Of a stretch of DNA of 64,000 nucleotides, positions 27,365-37,830 are shown piece after piece. Numbering within the stretch: the stretch's first letter is position 1; each line of letters opens with the position of its first letter. The stretch is from Candidatus Multivoradales bacterium (lineage in GTDB: Bacteria; Acidobacteriota; Thermoanaerobaculia; Multivoradales; JAHEKO01). A program made the translations under genes and the position numbers. The stretch lies in NCBI GenBank assembly GCA_965248055.1, contig CBDFIJ010000004.1, positions 3,281,973-3,345,972 of the forward strand, given 5' to 3'. Under the pieces are notes generated by a model. It had not been told where the DNA came from. It did not search any database and was given only the letters and a program-made list of their open reading frames with translations.

Positions 27365-28822
27365 TTAGCGCGCCTTTGCCAAATAGATCAAACAATCTTT
27401 TTCTCCTATCAGCCGATCGGGATCCGGGTTCAGGGTGTCTTGCCCCTGGTGATCTCGAACCCCGAGTGCCAGCCAGCGGCTTTGTCGCTGGGTTTCGCCC
27501 GCCGCTTGGACGAAACTCTGGCCTTGATATTGGCCTGGCTGCCCGACAAATAGGCTTTGCCCTCCTGCTGAAGCGACGGTCGATAAGATGCTCGCGGTTC
27601 CTGGCATTACGACCGCGTGGCTAAGCATCGAGAAACCCAGATGCGTGGTCTCGATCACTTCGTCGACCCCAGCGGAGTAGGCATGGTCGATATTTTCTTC
27701 GTCCAAGATCTCAGCCACCACGTAGAGAGGATCCCGGCGCTTCGCGGCGATCGAGTTGCGTGACATCCACGAGCGAATGGTGAACGCGGTGAGGATGGTC
27801 TGAGCGTCGGCCGCCTGCGGCATATCACTACGTGAACCGATCAAGATCGCCGCTCTAGCGTAGGCGACTCGGGCCTTTTCCAACTCGCTCTCTTTGGTCG
27901 GATCGCCGTTGACCCAAACCACTTCCGGTGGCAGATCGTTGGGGCGCTCGCCGGGGGCGAACAAGACCAGGGCACTTTCGTCGGCGTCGACCTCCTGTCT
28001 GATCGCCTCCAGAAGCATTTCCATGCCCAGTTCATAGCCACAGACGACGATGTGGTTGATGTGTCCGCTCATGCGAAACTGCTCCTTTCGGATGGTTAAG
28101 ACGCTTTGTACCAGGGATTGACCGACGACGCCGGCAAATAGCGCCAAGCTGAGCATGCCGCTGATCATCAGCGCAGCACCGATCATGCGACCGAGGGTGG
28201 TGACCGGTGTGATGTCACCGAATCCGACGGTGGTCAGAGTCACCAATGCCCACCACACTCCGTCCGCAGGCCCAGTCAGTCCGGCGTTGATGTCGCTCTC
28301 GACCAGATAAAAGCTCAGTCCACCGATAAGCACCGCAGTCAGGACAAAACTGAGCGCTAGCAGATAGAGCAGGGCATTGTCACGAAACGCCTGACTGATC
28401 GAACGCATCGGACTGGCGTAGCGAAATGGAGTCCTTGCCAAGCGCAGTAGACGCAGTGCGCGCAGGCCGCGTAGGGCAGGTAACAACGCGGAAACTGTGA
28501 GCAGGTCGATGAGAATCGATGGGCGCAACAAAAATGTTAGTCGGCCCAACAGGTGGTGGCGGATCGTTGAGGCGGGAGTCGGTGACTCCAGGTCGAGCCG
28601 GGGCGGGCGAAAGGAAGCAACTCTGGCGATGAGTTCAACGGTGAATGCCCACAAGATCACCCGGTCTAGAGTGACCAGCCAGGGCGCTAATCCTTCTCGG
28701 CCACGCCAAATTTCAGTGACGAAAATCAACACTGAGATCGCGATCAATCCGGCGACCAGGCTGTGCAGAACCCGGAACTCGCGTGTGGACGGGCGGTGGA
28801 AGGCTCTAACTAACCAGGACAT
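27365..28822 (-). CDS. Potassium channel with RCK/TrkA-N domain
   Basis: S4-like LRGLRALRLLRL, filter TLTTVGFGD and C-terminal HIVVCG. Confidence 0.9.
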   Translation of the reverse strand: MSWLVRAFHRPSTREFRVLHSLVAGLIAISVLIFVTEIWRGREGLAPWLVTLDRVILWAFTVELIARVASFRPPRLDLESPTPASTIRHHLLGRLTFLLRPSILIDLLTVSALLPALRGLRALRLLRLARTPFRYASPMRSISQAFRDNALLYLLALSFVLTAVLIGGLSFYLVESDINAGLTGPADGVWWALVTLTTVGFGDITPVTTLGRMIGAALMISGMLSLALFAGVVGQSLVQSVLTIRKEQFRMSGHINHIVVCGYELGMEMLLEAIRQEVDADESALVLFAPGERPNDLPPEVVWVNGDPTKESELEKARVAYARAAILIGSRSDMPQAADAQTILTAFTIRSWMSRNSIAAKRRDPLYVVAEILDEENIDHAYSAGVDEVIETTHLGFSMLSHAVVMPGTASILSTVASAGGQSLFVGQPGQYQGQSFVQAAGETQRQSRWLALGVRDHQGQDTLNPDPDRLIGEKDCLIYLAKAR

Positions 28823-28924
28823 GGAAGATGATCATTGAGGGGTTGCATCGCGCTGTTAGACTCTAGCAGTCGATCGCCGCCATGCATTTTCTTACTCCCC
28901 TCCGTACCGAAAGAAACGATTCGA

Positions 28925-30091
28925 GTGTCTATCGGCCGTACTAATTTCACTTGGGTTGATGACCCCCGTTCGCTGGCGTCGCTGGCGACCGCCCTGGCTG
29001 AGGCAGAAGAAATCACCTTCGACACCGAGTCCAATTCGGGATTCCGCTACGAGGAGAAATTGTGTCTGTTGCAGCTCAATGTAGCGGGTCAACTGTGGAT
29101 GGTGGACCCATTGGCTTTCGATCGCGGCGATTGGATCGATTCCCTGCGGTCGCCGCTTGAGGATCCACAGGTGCGGATCTGGATTCATGGTGGCGAATTC
29201 GACGTTTCGAGTATGAAGCGGGATTTCGGCATCCGACTGCGAGGTCTTTGGGATACCCAACAAGCGGCCACCTTCCTAGGACACGAGAAAACCGGATATG
29301 GCAGCTTGGTGGAGACCATCTGCGGGGTTTCGTTGCCCAAGGCGTTTACCCGCTACGACTGGGGCACGCGGCCGCTTCCCAGTGGCCCGCGGGACTATGC
29401 TCTGGACGACGTTCGCTATCTTCCCAAGGTTGCTCATGCGCTAATGAGAGAAGTGGAAGTTCACGACTTGAGCGAAGAAGTTGGGATTGCCGGCCGTGCC
29501 GTGGAGGATGCCGAGTGGCCCGACTTGTCTCCAACCAACGCATTGTGGCGGGTCAAAGGGGTCGGTAAATTACCGGTTATCGGCCAGCGTCGAGTCCTAA
29601 TGTTGCTCAAGTGGCGTGAGGAGATCGCCAGACAGCGCGACCAGCCCCCCGGCAGGATTCTTAGCGGCTATGCGCTCTTGTCGCTGGCGGAGAATCCTCC
29701 TCGCAAGTCTTCGGTTCTGCGCTATGCGCGAGTGCCGCGACCGGTTCGCGATCGCTATGGAGATCAATTGGTGGGTCTGCTAAAACGAACCGAGGAGTTA
29801 CCACAGATACCCCAGAGGACGATTACGCCTCGGCAGACCCCTCAGGAGAAGGCTCGATCCAAGAGCATCCGCAATTGGAAACGATCCGAGTCCAAGCGCC
29901 GGGGAATCCCGCAACAGGCGGTATTGCCTACCCGAGCGGCTGAATTCTTGGTCTACAACGGCGCGGACGATCTCACCCAGGTGCCACAGCTCGGGGCCAA
30001 GAGAATCCGCCTCTACGGTTCCAAGTTGCGACAACTGTGCGCCAGTCCCAGCACCAGCACCAGTCCCAGCACTAGTCCCGAGTCTGAGTAG
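28925..30091 (+). CDS. rnd: Ribonuclease D (3'-5' exonuclease plus HRDC)
   Basis: FDTE, LCLLQ, DTQ.AA, DW..RPL...YALDDV and WRE..AR..D.P. Confidence 0.88.
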   Translation: MSIGRTNFTWVDDPRSLASLATALAEAEEITFDTESNSGFRYEEKLCLLQLNVAGQLWMVDPLAFDRGDWIDSLRSPLEDPQVRIWIHGGEFDVSSMKRDFGIRLRGLWDTQQAATFLGHEKTGYGSLVETICGVSLPKAFTRYDWGTRPLPSGPRDYALDDVRYLPKVAHALMREVEVHDLSEEVGIAGRAVEDAEWPDLSPTNALWRVKGVGKLPVIGQRRVLMLLKWREEIARQRDQPPGRILSGYALLSLAENPPRKSSVLRYARVPRPVRDRYGDQLVGLLKRTEELPQIPQRTITPRQTPQEKARSKSIRNWKRSESKRRGIPQQAVLPTRAAEFLVYNGADDLTQVPQLGAKRIRLYGSKLRQLCASPSTSTSPSTSPESE

Positions 30092-30133
30092 TCGGGCTGT
30101 TTATTGTTATTAAATGCTGGTACGCCTGTTGTT

Positions 30134-30481
30134 TTACTGGACGGCGCGTAGATTCTCTAAAGCTTCTTCTTCGCTATGAAAGACCGGGATCAACGGCAGT
30201 AGATTGCCCAGGTCCATAATTCTGCGCAGCGGCGCTTCAACCTGGATCAAGGCAAAGTCACGCTCCAGACTGAGAGACAACTTGTAAGCGGCGACCAGCT
30301 CACCAATGCCCGAGCTGTCAATCTTGGAAACCGCGGAAAGGTCCAAGAGCAAGAGTTCCCAGCCGTCGGCGTAGACTTCTTCCACCACCTCACGCACGAC
30401 TTGGTCGCCAGTACCGACCACCAATTGGCCCCGTATCTGAACAACCACCCCGTCTTGCCTTTTATGTACGTCGATTTGCAT
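30134..30481 (-). CDS. STAS-domain anti-anti-sigma factor
   Basis: LDLSAVSKIDSSGIGELV. Confidence 0.9.
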   Translation of the reverse strand: MQIDVHKRQDGVVVQIRGQLVVGTGDQVVREVVEEVYADGWELLLLDLSAVSKIDSSGIGELVAAYKLSLSLERDFALIQVEAPLRRIMDLGNLLPLIPVFHSEEEALENLRAVQ

Positions 30482-30516
30482 TCGCGTCCTCCGCGCTGAT
30501 CATAACGGGTTGTGTC

Positions 30517-31734
30517 TCACGCGTCGCTAGCAAGCATCTCAGGCGTCTTTCGCTCGACAGCTTGGCGCAGGCAATAGGGAACTGCGGCCAGCATCAAGGC
30601 GATTCTTTGCACCTCGGTGTCAGCCCAGTAGTCTTCAAACAGGGCTGCGACTAGGAAAGCCACAACCCCAAACAAACATGCGGCATACAGGTCTCGGTGA
30701 TCTCGGTCGCCGTGCAACAGCCCCCGCCACGCCAGGCGTATCGCCAGTAGAAACAGGGCCAGCACTGCCAGGGTGGCAGGGATTCCCTGTTCGGCAGCTA
30801 GCGAGGCATAGCTGTTGTGCAGGTGAGCCACGCGCTGTTGAGGCGCTGTCGGGTGAGCGTAGAAACTGTACAGATGGTCGATGGTCCCGGGGCCATGCCC
30901 GAGTAACGGGCGTTCGCGAATCATCACCGCCCCTGCGTCCAGCATGCACAGGCGGTCGTAGGTAGAAATGTCTTCCAAATCGCCGATGCTCCACATGCGT
31001 GCCGCAACGTGTACCGGCACGATCGCCACGGCCAGAAGAGCTACCGGTAGCAGCCAGAACAACCACTTCCCGCGATGTAGAAATGCTGCCAGCGTGACCA
31101 CAGCGAGTACCGCAATCCAAGAGTTGCGAGTGAGCGTGTAGAGCAGGGCAGTGCTGAGCATCACCAAGCCTATCCATGCCCACGAGTGGCTCCAGCCGCG
31201 ACGGTATAGCAACCAGGCGAGCAAGATTGCAAGAGCCAACGCCATCACCCCAGCAAAGGTCATATAGATAGAGAACGCTCCACGAATACGGGTTTCCAGC
31301 CCTCCTGCTCCTTGGATGACCTCGAATAGACCTTGCCCGGCGTGCATCACCGCGACCCCGACCAATCCGTAGATCGTCAGCCTGAGTGCGCTGGCACGAC
31401 GCAGTACCACCACCGCTAACAACGGCGGTGTCAGGTTGAGCAAATCTCCGATCCCTCCTAAGGTTTGTCGCGCGATCGAAGAAGCGAGGATCGATCCGAT
31501 CAACAGCACCCAGTAGACAACGATCGGAATCCAAAGACCTTGGGCGTTGCGCAAGCGATCGCGATGACGTTTCCAGGGAGCAGTCGCCAGCCCGAGAATC
31601 AGCAATCCGTTGGACAGACCGATCGCTGAGATGGTCCAAAGTTGACCAATGGCAAACACCTTGGCCCATTCGAACGGTTCGAGGATCTTGCGGAAGGGTT
31701 GAAGGATGCGGTGCATCGGAGAGAAGGGCATCAA
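30517..31734 (-). CDS. O-antigen ligase family membrane protein
   Basis: Multi-TM; TLTRNSW, PLLGHGPG and HLHNSY...EQG. Confidence 0.85.
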   Translation of the reverse strand: MMPFSPMHRILQPFRKILEPFEWAKVFAIGQLWTISAIGLSNGLLILGLATAPWKRHRDRLRNAQGLWIPIVVYWVLLIGSILASSIARQTLGGIGDLLNLTPPLLAVVVLRRASALRLTIYGLVGVAVMHAGQGLFEVIQGAGGLETRIRGAFSIYMTFAGVMALALAILLAWLLYRRGWSHSWAWIGLVMLSTALLYTLTRNSWIAVLAVVTLAAFLHRGKWLFWLLPVALLAVAIVPVHVAARMWSIGDLEDISTYDRLCMLDAGAVMIRERPLLGHGPGTIDHLYSFYAHPTAPQQRVAHLHNSYASLAAEQGIPATLAVLALFLLAIRLAWRGLLHGDRDHRDLYAACLFGVVAFLVAALFEDYWADTEVQRIALMLAAVPYCLRQAVERKTPEMLASDA

Positions 31735-31844
31735 ATGAAGCGCAATCTACAACAGATTGGGAAGGAACCCGACGTTGTCGCCCGGCGGGGCAGGAAATGT
31801 GACTCAGGCTCGGTTGCGTCGGCAAGTCTTCGTATACTTAGCGG

Positions 31845-33496
31845 ATGCGCAGTCTTCGCTCAACTTCTTGTATCCCTTTCTTGGTCGCCATTTCCGTGTT
31901 GAGCGCCGCTGGCTGCAGTCCAGGCAAAGAACCGATCCCCTTTTCCGCTGCCGACGGGGTGATCGTGATTACCCTCGACACCTTGCGCGCCGACCGATTG
32001 GGCACCTATGGCTACGATCGTCCGACCTCTCCTGAGTTGGACGCGTTTGCCGCAGAGTCGGTGGTCTTTGACTCGGCCTTTGCCCAGTACCCGTCGACTA
32101 TGGTTTCCCATCTGTCAGCTTTTACCGGCCTCTATCCGCGAGAACACGGAGTAATACAAAGAAAGCTCAGCCTGTCTCCTACGCTGCCGACGGTTGCTGA
32201 GGTCTTCAAGAAGGCTGGCTTTAGCACTGCCGCGTTTACCGAAAACGGGATGATCAGCCCCGCCTCGGGGCTGGGGCGTGGTTTTGATCAGTTCATCTAC
32301 CAACACATCGGACCCCCCAACGGTCCCGATCAAGTCTTTGATATGGGCCTGCAGTTTCTCTCTGAACAATCGGACCCGTCCCGGGTGTTCTTGTGGCTAC
32401 ACACCTACGCGGTGCATACGCCCTACCAACCGACGGCGGGAAACCGAGAGTTGTTCCTGGACGGGGTCGCGCCGCCGACGGTGCCAGTCACCGGTGAGTT
32501 CTTAAGCCTAGTGAACCGGGATCAAGAGCAAATCGAAGACGCTGATGTTGCCGCCTTCAGTCGACTTTATGATGGTCAATTGCGTGACGTGGACACTGCC
32601 TTTGGTAGGTTCCTACAGCAGTTAAAGGAAAGTGGTTGGTTGGACCGATTGGCGATCGTGGTCTTCGCCGATCATGGCGAGGAATTTCGCGAACACGGAA
32701 TGCTGGTGCATGAGCAGGTGTATCCGGAGTTGACCCGCATCCCACTGATGATTCGCCACCCAAGTTTGCCCGCGCAGCGCGTCGAGAGCACGGTCGAGAC
32801 CATCGACATGGCTCCGACTCTCGCTGGTTTGGCAGGGCTTGATTGGCAACCGGTGGGTTCTGGGCGCAGCTTGCTGCCCGGCTTGCTCGGCAAGAGTGAG
32901 GAGTCGACGCCCCAAGTGGCCTACGCAGAAATGGAAACCGGCTTACATCAGCGGACCGTAGTGCAGAGCATTGGCTCTGATCTTTGGCAACTGATTGAAC
33001 ATCGGTTTCCGGCTGGTCCTGACGGGGTGTGGTTTTCGACCATCGGCGAGTTCGATGTCCAAGGCACCGAGCTGGACTTGAACTTGTACTCGTATCGCAA
33101 ACGCCGTTCACTAAAAATCTGGCTCGATGGGGAGCTGTTTACCGAACTACAGATTGCTCCAGACTGGAGTCAACTAACCGTACCTTTGCCAAAGGGATGT
33201 TTTTTGTGTCGCGTGCGCCTTGAGGCGAAGGATTGCGCCACCCCTGAGGAAACCACCACTCGAATGACCGGCGCTGTCTGGCGACCAAAGTGGGTGGTGA
33301 TGAGCGGTTTCGTTATGAGCTGTTCAACCTGAGCCGCGACCCTGGTGCAGTGAAAGACGTTTCCCAAAAACAAGAACAGATCGTTCGGCGCCTGATCAAA
33401 GAACTCCGCGCGATCCCGACCGAACCGTTGGGAGCCACCGGGGACGCCGGTCGCATCGAAAACGAGGATACTCTACGCACTCTGGGTTACACCTAA
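31845..33496 (+). CDS. Sulfatase-like lipoprotein with an apparent frameshift near 33250
   Basis: ITLDTLRADRL, HTPY, ADHGEEF.EHG and IPLMIR; the conserved ELFNL..DP tail is in a shifted frame (33290-33496). Confidence 0.8.
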
Positions 33497-33565
33497 GTTC
33501 GTGCTTTCGGCTTTCTTTTTTCTTCACCAATTTTCAAACAATCCTACTTCTATAATTGAGGCCCC

Positions 33566-34762
33566 ATGTATTCTGGACCGATCACTCAACACCCACCCGA
33601 AACGACCGACCAGTCGTTCGCTGAACTGGGTTTACCGGAGATTCTGCTCAAACGACTGACGGCAATTGGCTTCGAACATCCAACGCCGATTCAGCGAGAG
33701 ATGATTCCTGCTGCACTCGAAGGCCGAGATGTGGTTGGCCTGGCGCAGACCGGATCCGGGAAAACTGCCGCCTTTATCTTGCCCACCATGGCCCGCAATC
33801 TGTCTCAGCGAGGGCAAACGGTGGTGCTGTCTCCGACCCGCGAGATCGCTCAACAAACCCAGTCTTTTGTCGCCGCACTTGAAGTTCCCGGAGTGAGCTC
33901 GGTTTGCGTCATCGGTGGAGTCAAGATGGGGCCGCAGTTTGACGCCTTTGCGCGTGACCCCGATTTGGTGATCGCCACCCCTGGACGCCTGTTGGACCAT
34001 CTGGAACGCGGTTCGGCAAAGCTGCACCGCACCACCGCCTTGGTTTTAGACGAAGCGGACCACATGCTCGATCTGGGGTTCTTGCCCCAAGTGCAGCGGG
34101 TGATCAACGCACTGCCCCAAGATCGTCAGACGCTTTTGTTCTCGGCGACCATGCCGCCGCCGATCGAGCGACTGGCCTCCCGCTATCTACACGATCCGGT
34201 GCGCATTGACATCTTGCCCAGCGGGCGTGCCGCCGAGGGTCTTGAGCATCATCTCTACATGGTGGAGGAGAAGGACAAGAAGCCTTGTGTATTGTCGATT
34301 CTGCATCGATCGTCAGTTAGTACTTTGGTATTTTGCCGTCGCAAAGTCGATGCCGATTGGCTGTGTAAAGTACTGCAGGACGACGGCCTTCCGGTCGAGC
34401 GCATTCATTCCGATTTGAGCCAAGCACAGCGCCGACGGGCTCTGGACGAATTCCGAGAGGGCAAGCACCGGATTTTGGTGGCCACCGATGTGGCTGCCAG
34501 AGGTTTGGATATTCCCGTCATTGGGCACGTTGTCAATTTTGATTTGCCAGACTCGGTGGAGGACTACATCCACCGCTCCGGTCGTACCGCTCGGGGTGCC
34601 AACGAGGGATTGGTTTCCAGTATTGGTACTTGGCGCAATCGGTCGACGATCACCGAAATCGAATCGACCCTTGGGGAATCGATCACCCGGCGAACTGCTG
34701 AGGGACTCAAACCCTACATTGAGATCACTTCGCGCAAACGGACCTCACCGTTGAGGCGCTAG
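33566..34762 (+). CDS. DEAD-box RNA helicase
   Basis: AQTGSGKT, PTRE, TPGR, DEAD, SAT, ARGLD and HRSGRTAR. Confidence 0.96.
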   Translation: MYSGPITQHPPETTDQSFAELGLPEILLKRLTAIGFEHPTPIQREMIPAALEGRDVVGLAQTGSGKTAAFILPTMARNLSQRGQTVVLSPTREIAQQTQSFVAALEVPGVSSVCVIGGVKMGPQFDAFARDPDLVIATPGRLLDHLERGSAKLHRTTALVLDEADHMLDLGFLPQVQRVINALPQDRQTLLFSATMPPPIERLASRYLHDPVRIDILPSGRAAEGLEHHLYMVEEKDKKPCVLSILHRSSVSTLVFCRRKVDADWLCKVLQDDGLPVERIHSDLSQAQRRRALDEFREGKHRILVATDVAARGLDIPVIGHVVNFDLPDSVEDYIHRSGRTARGANEGLVSSIGTWRNRSTITEIESTLGESITRRTAEGLKPYIEITSRKRTSPLRR

Positions 34763-34775
34763 AGGGCGCAATCCT

Positions 34776-36929
34776 ATGTCCGAGGATCTCATCGATCTGC
34801 CTTTGGGAGACGACGAAGACGACTTCGATCCGTCCTTTCCCAGCGAAGACCCCCTACACCGGCCGGTTGAGCACTCGCAGCGCCCGGCCAAGAAACAAGA
34901 TCGCCATCGGGGCGGTTCGAGACGGCATTCTCGCAGACCCGCTGCGCGTCGGCGAAAGCCGATTTGGCTCTTGCTGCTGGTTCCTTTTCTCGTGCTTGCC
35001 GCCTGGTTGTACTGGCGTCCGTCTCGGCTGGAGGTTTTTCCAGAGCAACTGGCGACACTGAAAGTTGCAGTGGGCACCACCAGCGAACCAGCAGAAATTG
35101 AAATCATCAACGCGGGTCGCCGAGAGGTTGTGCTCGAAGACATTCGGGTGGCTGATAGCGAGGTCTTTTCGATCGGTGAACGGGATTGTGGTGAGACCGT
35201 GTTGGCGGGCGAAAGCTGCCATGTTCAGGTTGTGTTTTCGCCTACCGCAATGGGATCAGCTGCTGCCCGGGTAGAGATCGTCGGCAGTCAACGGGGCGGG
35301 GTCACCGAGGTCGAGATTCCAGGAGAGGGACTGGGAGCGCGCATGGTGGCAGACAAGTCACGGATCGACTTTGGCAGCACCTCGGTCGACGGCAGGAGCG
35401 CGGTACAGCTTGTGGAAGTCAGCAATCGTGGCACCTTGGCTGGCTCACTGGGGCGGGTCTCGATTGGCGGAGACAGTGACTTCCGGTTGACCGACAACGG
35501 TTGCCGGGATGCCTTAGAGCCGGGCGAACGCTGTCGCTTGCAACTGGTGTTCTCCCCTCGTCGGATGGGAGCCCGCGACGCCCGATTGACGGCAGAGGGC
35601 AAGGTGGCAGAACCGATGTCGGCGATCGAGTTGGTTGGTCAAGGGATCGGCCCAGGATTTGAGATCGATCCGGCCTCGTTGGACTTTGGCGAATGGAAAG
35701 TGGGCTCGACTTCGACCGCCATGGGGATCCGGTGGTTGAATCGTGGCGACGTCGAATGGACATTATCGACTCCGGTGCTGGACGGGAGCGGCTTTTCGTT
35801 GGTCTCAGATACCTGCACGCGGTCACCGATCCCGGCTGGCGGCTCCTGCGGGGCCCGGGTGACATTTGCCCCCCAGGGCGCGGGAGCAGTGAAAGCGGCA
35901 CTGCATCTCGTGCATCGCGGCGGCGAGCGGTTTCCGGCAGCGCAGTTGACCGGTGTTGGCACTGCCGCCAATCTTGAATTTGATTTGCGCAAGGTGGGTT
36001 TTGCGGCGACTCCTGTGGGGCGCACCTCGCCACCCAGGACAGTGCGATTGACCAATAGTGGTTCAGCGACGGCGTCGATTCGCTCGGTGCGGCTTGACGG
36101 TGGGACTGCGTCGTCGTTTCGCTTGCAATCGGACTGCGGTTCAGAACTCTCTCCGGGAGCGACCTGCGTACTGCGGTTGCAGATGGAGCCCAAGAGTTCG
36201 GGATCGGTCTCTTCCTCGTTAAAGGTCGAGTCCGATGCTCCGAAATCTCCGACAGTGGTCGCCCTGGAAGGCAATGGAGCTGCCGCCAAGTTGGTGCTTT
36301 CCAGGGACCGGATTGATTTCTCCACCGTTCCCCAAGGGGAGTCCCAGGACTTACAGATTGCGATTCAAAACGCAGGTTCGGCGCCGCTCGATCTGCCCAA
36401 AGTGACGATTGAAGGAAGTGGATTCGGCGTGCGTGGCGATGATTGTTCCAGTCGGATGATTGTCTCCGGGGCGGACTGTGAAATCGTGGTTCGTTTTCAG
36501 CCGAAGAACCCGGGAGCGCACGTTGGAGCCTTGGTCGTTCACTCCGCTGTCGGCGAGCGACGGATTCCTCTTTCCGGGCTGGCTGGGGCGCCGCCGGTAC
36601 CGCGTGCCTCGGTGGATCGCTCCAGTATTGATTTTGAGACTACTGGCGCTGGCAGCAGGAGTCCGGCGGAGACGTTAACTCTGATTTCCCACGGTCCAGG
36701 GCGACTGGAGATTTGGGAAATCGTCATCGATGGTGAGGGTAGTGGCGCCTTTCGCCTAGTGCCCGCGACCTGCCAGAACGTCCCCCATTTGTTTGCTGGA
36801 AGTCGCTGTACCGTGGGTATTCGATTCCAACCGTCGACTACCGGTGAGCACAGTGGAACTGTGACCATTCGCACCAACGCTGAGCCCGCGAGAATCCGTA
36901 TCGCACTACGCGGTCAAAGTCCGTTCTAG
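34776..36929 (+). CDS. Membrane-anchored protein with about six tandem Ig-like (ASH/choice-of-anchor D) domains
   Basis: Repeats of DFG...G..S....V.N.G...C...L..G..C...V.F.P...G; single TM. Confidence 0.85.
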   Translation: MSEDLIDLPLGDDEDDFDPSFPSEDPLHRPVEHSQRPAKKQDRHRGGSRRHSRRPAARRRKPIWLLLLVPFLVLAAWLYWRPSRLEVFPEQLATLKVAVGTTSEPAEIEIINAGRREVVLEDIRVADSEVFSIGERDCGETVLAGESCHVQVVFSPTAMGSAAARVEIVGSQRGGVTEVEIPGEGLGARMVADKSRIDFGSTSVDGRSAVQLVEVSNRGTLAGSLGRVSIGGDSDFRLTDNGCRDALEPGERCRLQLVFSPRRMGARDARLTAEGKVAEPMSAIELVGQGIGPGFEIDPASLDFGEWKVGSTSTAMGIRWLNRGDVEWTLSTPVLDGSGFSLVSDTCTRSPIPAGGSCGARVTFAPQGAGAVKAALHLVHRGGERFPAAQLTGVGTAANLEFDLRKVGFAATPVGRTSPPRTVRLTNSGSATASIRSVRLDGGTASSFRLQSDCGSELSPGATCVLRLQMEPKSSGSVSSSLKVESDAPKSPTVVALEGNGAAAKLVLSRDRIDFSTVPQGESQDLQIAIQNAGSAPLDLPKVTIEGSGFGVRGDDCSSRMIVSGADCEIVVRFQPKNPGAHVGALVVHSAVGERRIPLSGLAGAPPVPRASVDRSSIDFETTGAGSRSPAETLTLISHGPGRLEIWEIVIDGEGSGAFRLVPATCQNVPHLFAGSRCTVGIRFQPSTTGEHSGTVTIRTNAEPARIRIALRGQSPF

Positions 36930-36944
36930 GAGGTTCCTAACTCC

Positions 36945-37715
36945 ATGACCGAAACGACGATCCAGTTGCAGGTCGGCGGCCAATCGGTGTCCGGGGTGCT
37001 TGAAGGGCCGGCCGATACATCAACGCCGATCGTTGTCCATCTACACGGTTTTGGCTCCCACGCGTTTGGTACCAAAGGAACGTTTTTCAGCCGAAAGTTT
37101 ATCGAGCGAGGTGTTCCGTTTTGCCGCTTTGACCTGCGCGGGCATGGCGAGTCTGGAGGAGACCTCAGAGACGCGACCGTGGGGCGCAACCTGGATGACT
37201 TGACGGTGGTGATGGGTGAACTACGTCGACGCGGTTGGCAGGAATTCATTCTCGCCGGGTCGTCGTATGGCGCCTTGACTCAACTGGTCTACGCCAGCCA
37301 ACATCCGCAGGGAATTCGCGCCTGTATTGGAATCGCTCCAGCCATCGGATTAGCTGCCTCCATTCGTCGGCGAGAAGGGGCGGAGCGTTTGGCGCTGTGG
37401 AAGGCGTTGGGTTCGGCGCCGCTCGCGGGCGAGTCTGGATCCTTGGCCCGGAGCTTTTTTGAAGATGCCGAGCTCTGGCAGTCGCGGCAATTGGCGCAAG
37501 ACCTCGCTTGTCCGTGCCTGCTGTTTCACGGAATGCAGGATGCCGAAATCGACTGGCCTGGAGTGCAACAGTTCGCTGCATTGGCTAGTGATGTCGAGTT
37601 GCACGGCTTCGTTGATGGAGACCACCTACTGCAGGAACGCTTGGATCACACTTGGAGTGAAATCGACCTATTTCTGTGTCGAACGTTGGATCGCTTCTTG
37701 ATCAACGATGAGTGA
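36945..37715 (+). CDS. Alpha/beta hydrolase
   Basis: HGFGS, GSSYG, HG..D and GDH. Confidence 0.9.
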   Translation: MTETTIQLQVGGQSVSGVLEGPADTSTPIVVHLHGFGSHAFGTKGTFFSRKFIERGVPFCRFDLRGHGESGGDLRDATVGRNLDDLTVVMGELRRRGWQEFILAGSSYGALTQLVYASQHPQGIRACIGIAPAIGLAASIRRREGAERLALWKALGSAPLAGESGSLARSFFEDAELWQSRQLAQDLACPCLLFHGMQDAEIDWPGVQQFAALASDVELHGFVDGDHLLQERLDHTWSEIDLFLCRTLDRFLINDE

Positions 37716-37719
37716 GTAG

Positions 37720-37750
37720 GAGTTGGCGTCAACCAGAGTGACGCCGACTC
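37720..37750. terminator. Stem-loop between convergent genes
   Basis: GAGTTGGCGTCA...TGACGCCGACTC, a 12-bp stem with one G-U pair. Confidence 0.5.
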
Positions 37751-37830
37751 AGCCAGCGACACCGTCTAGTCGAAACGAGCCGACAGCAGCAATTGGTTGG
37801 CGGGCAGCAGAATTGGCCGGCGGGTACTAA

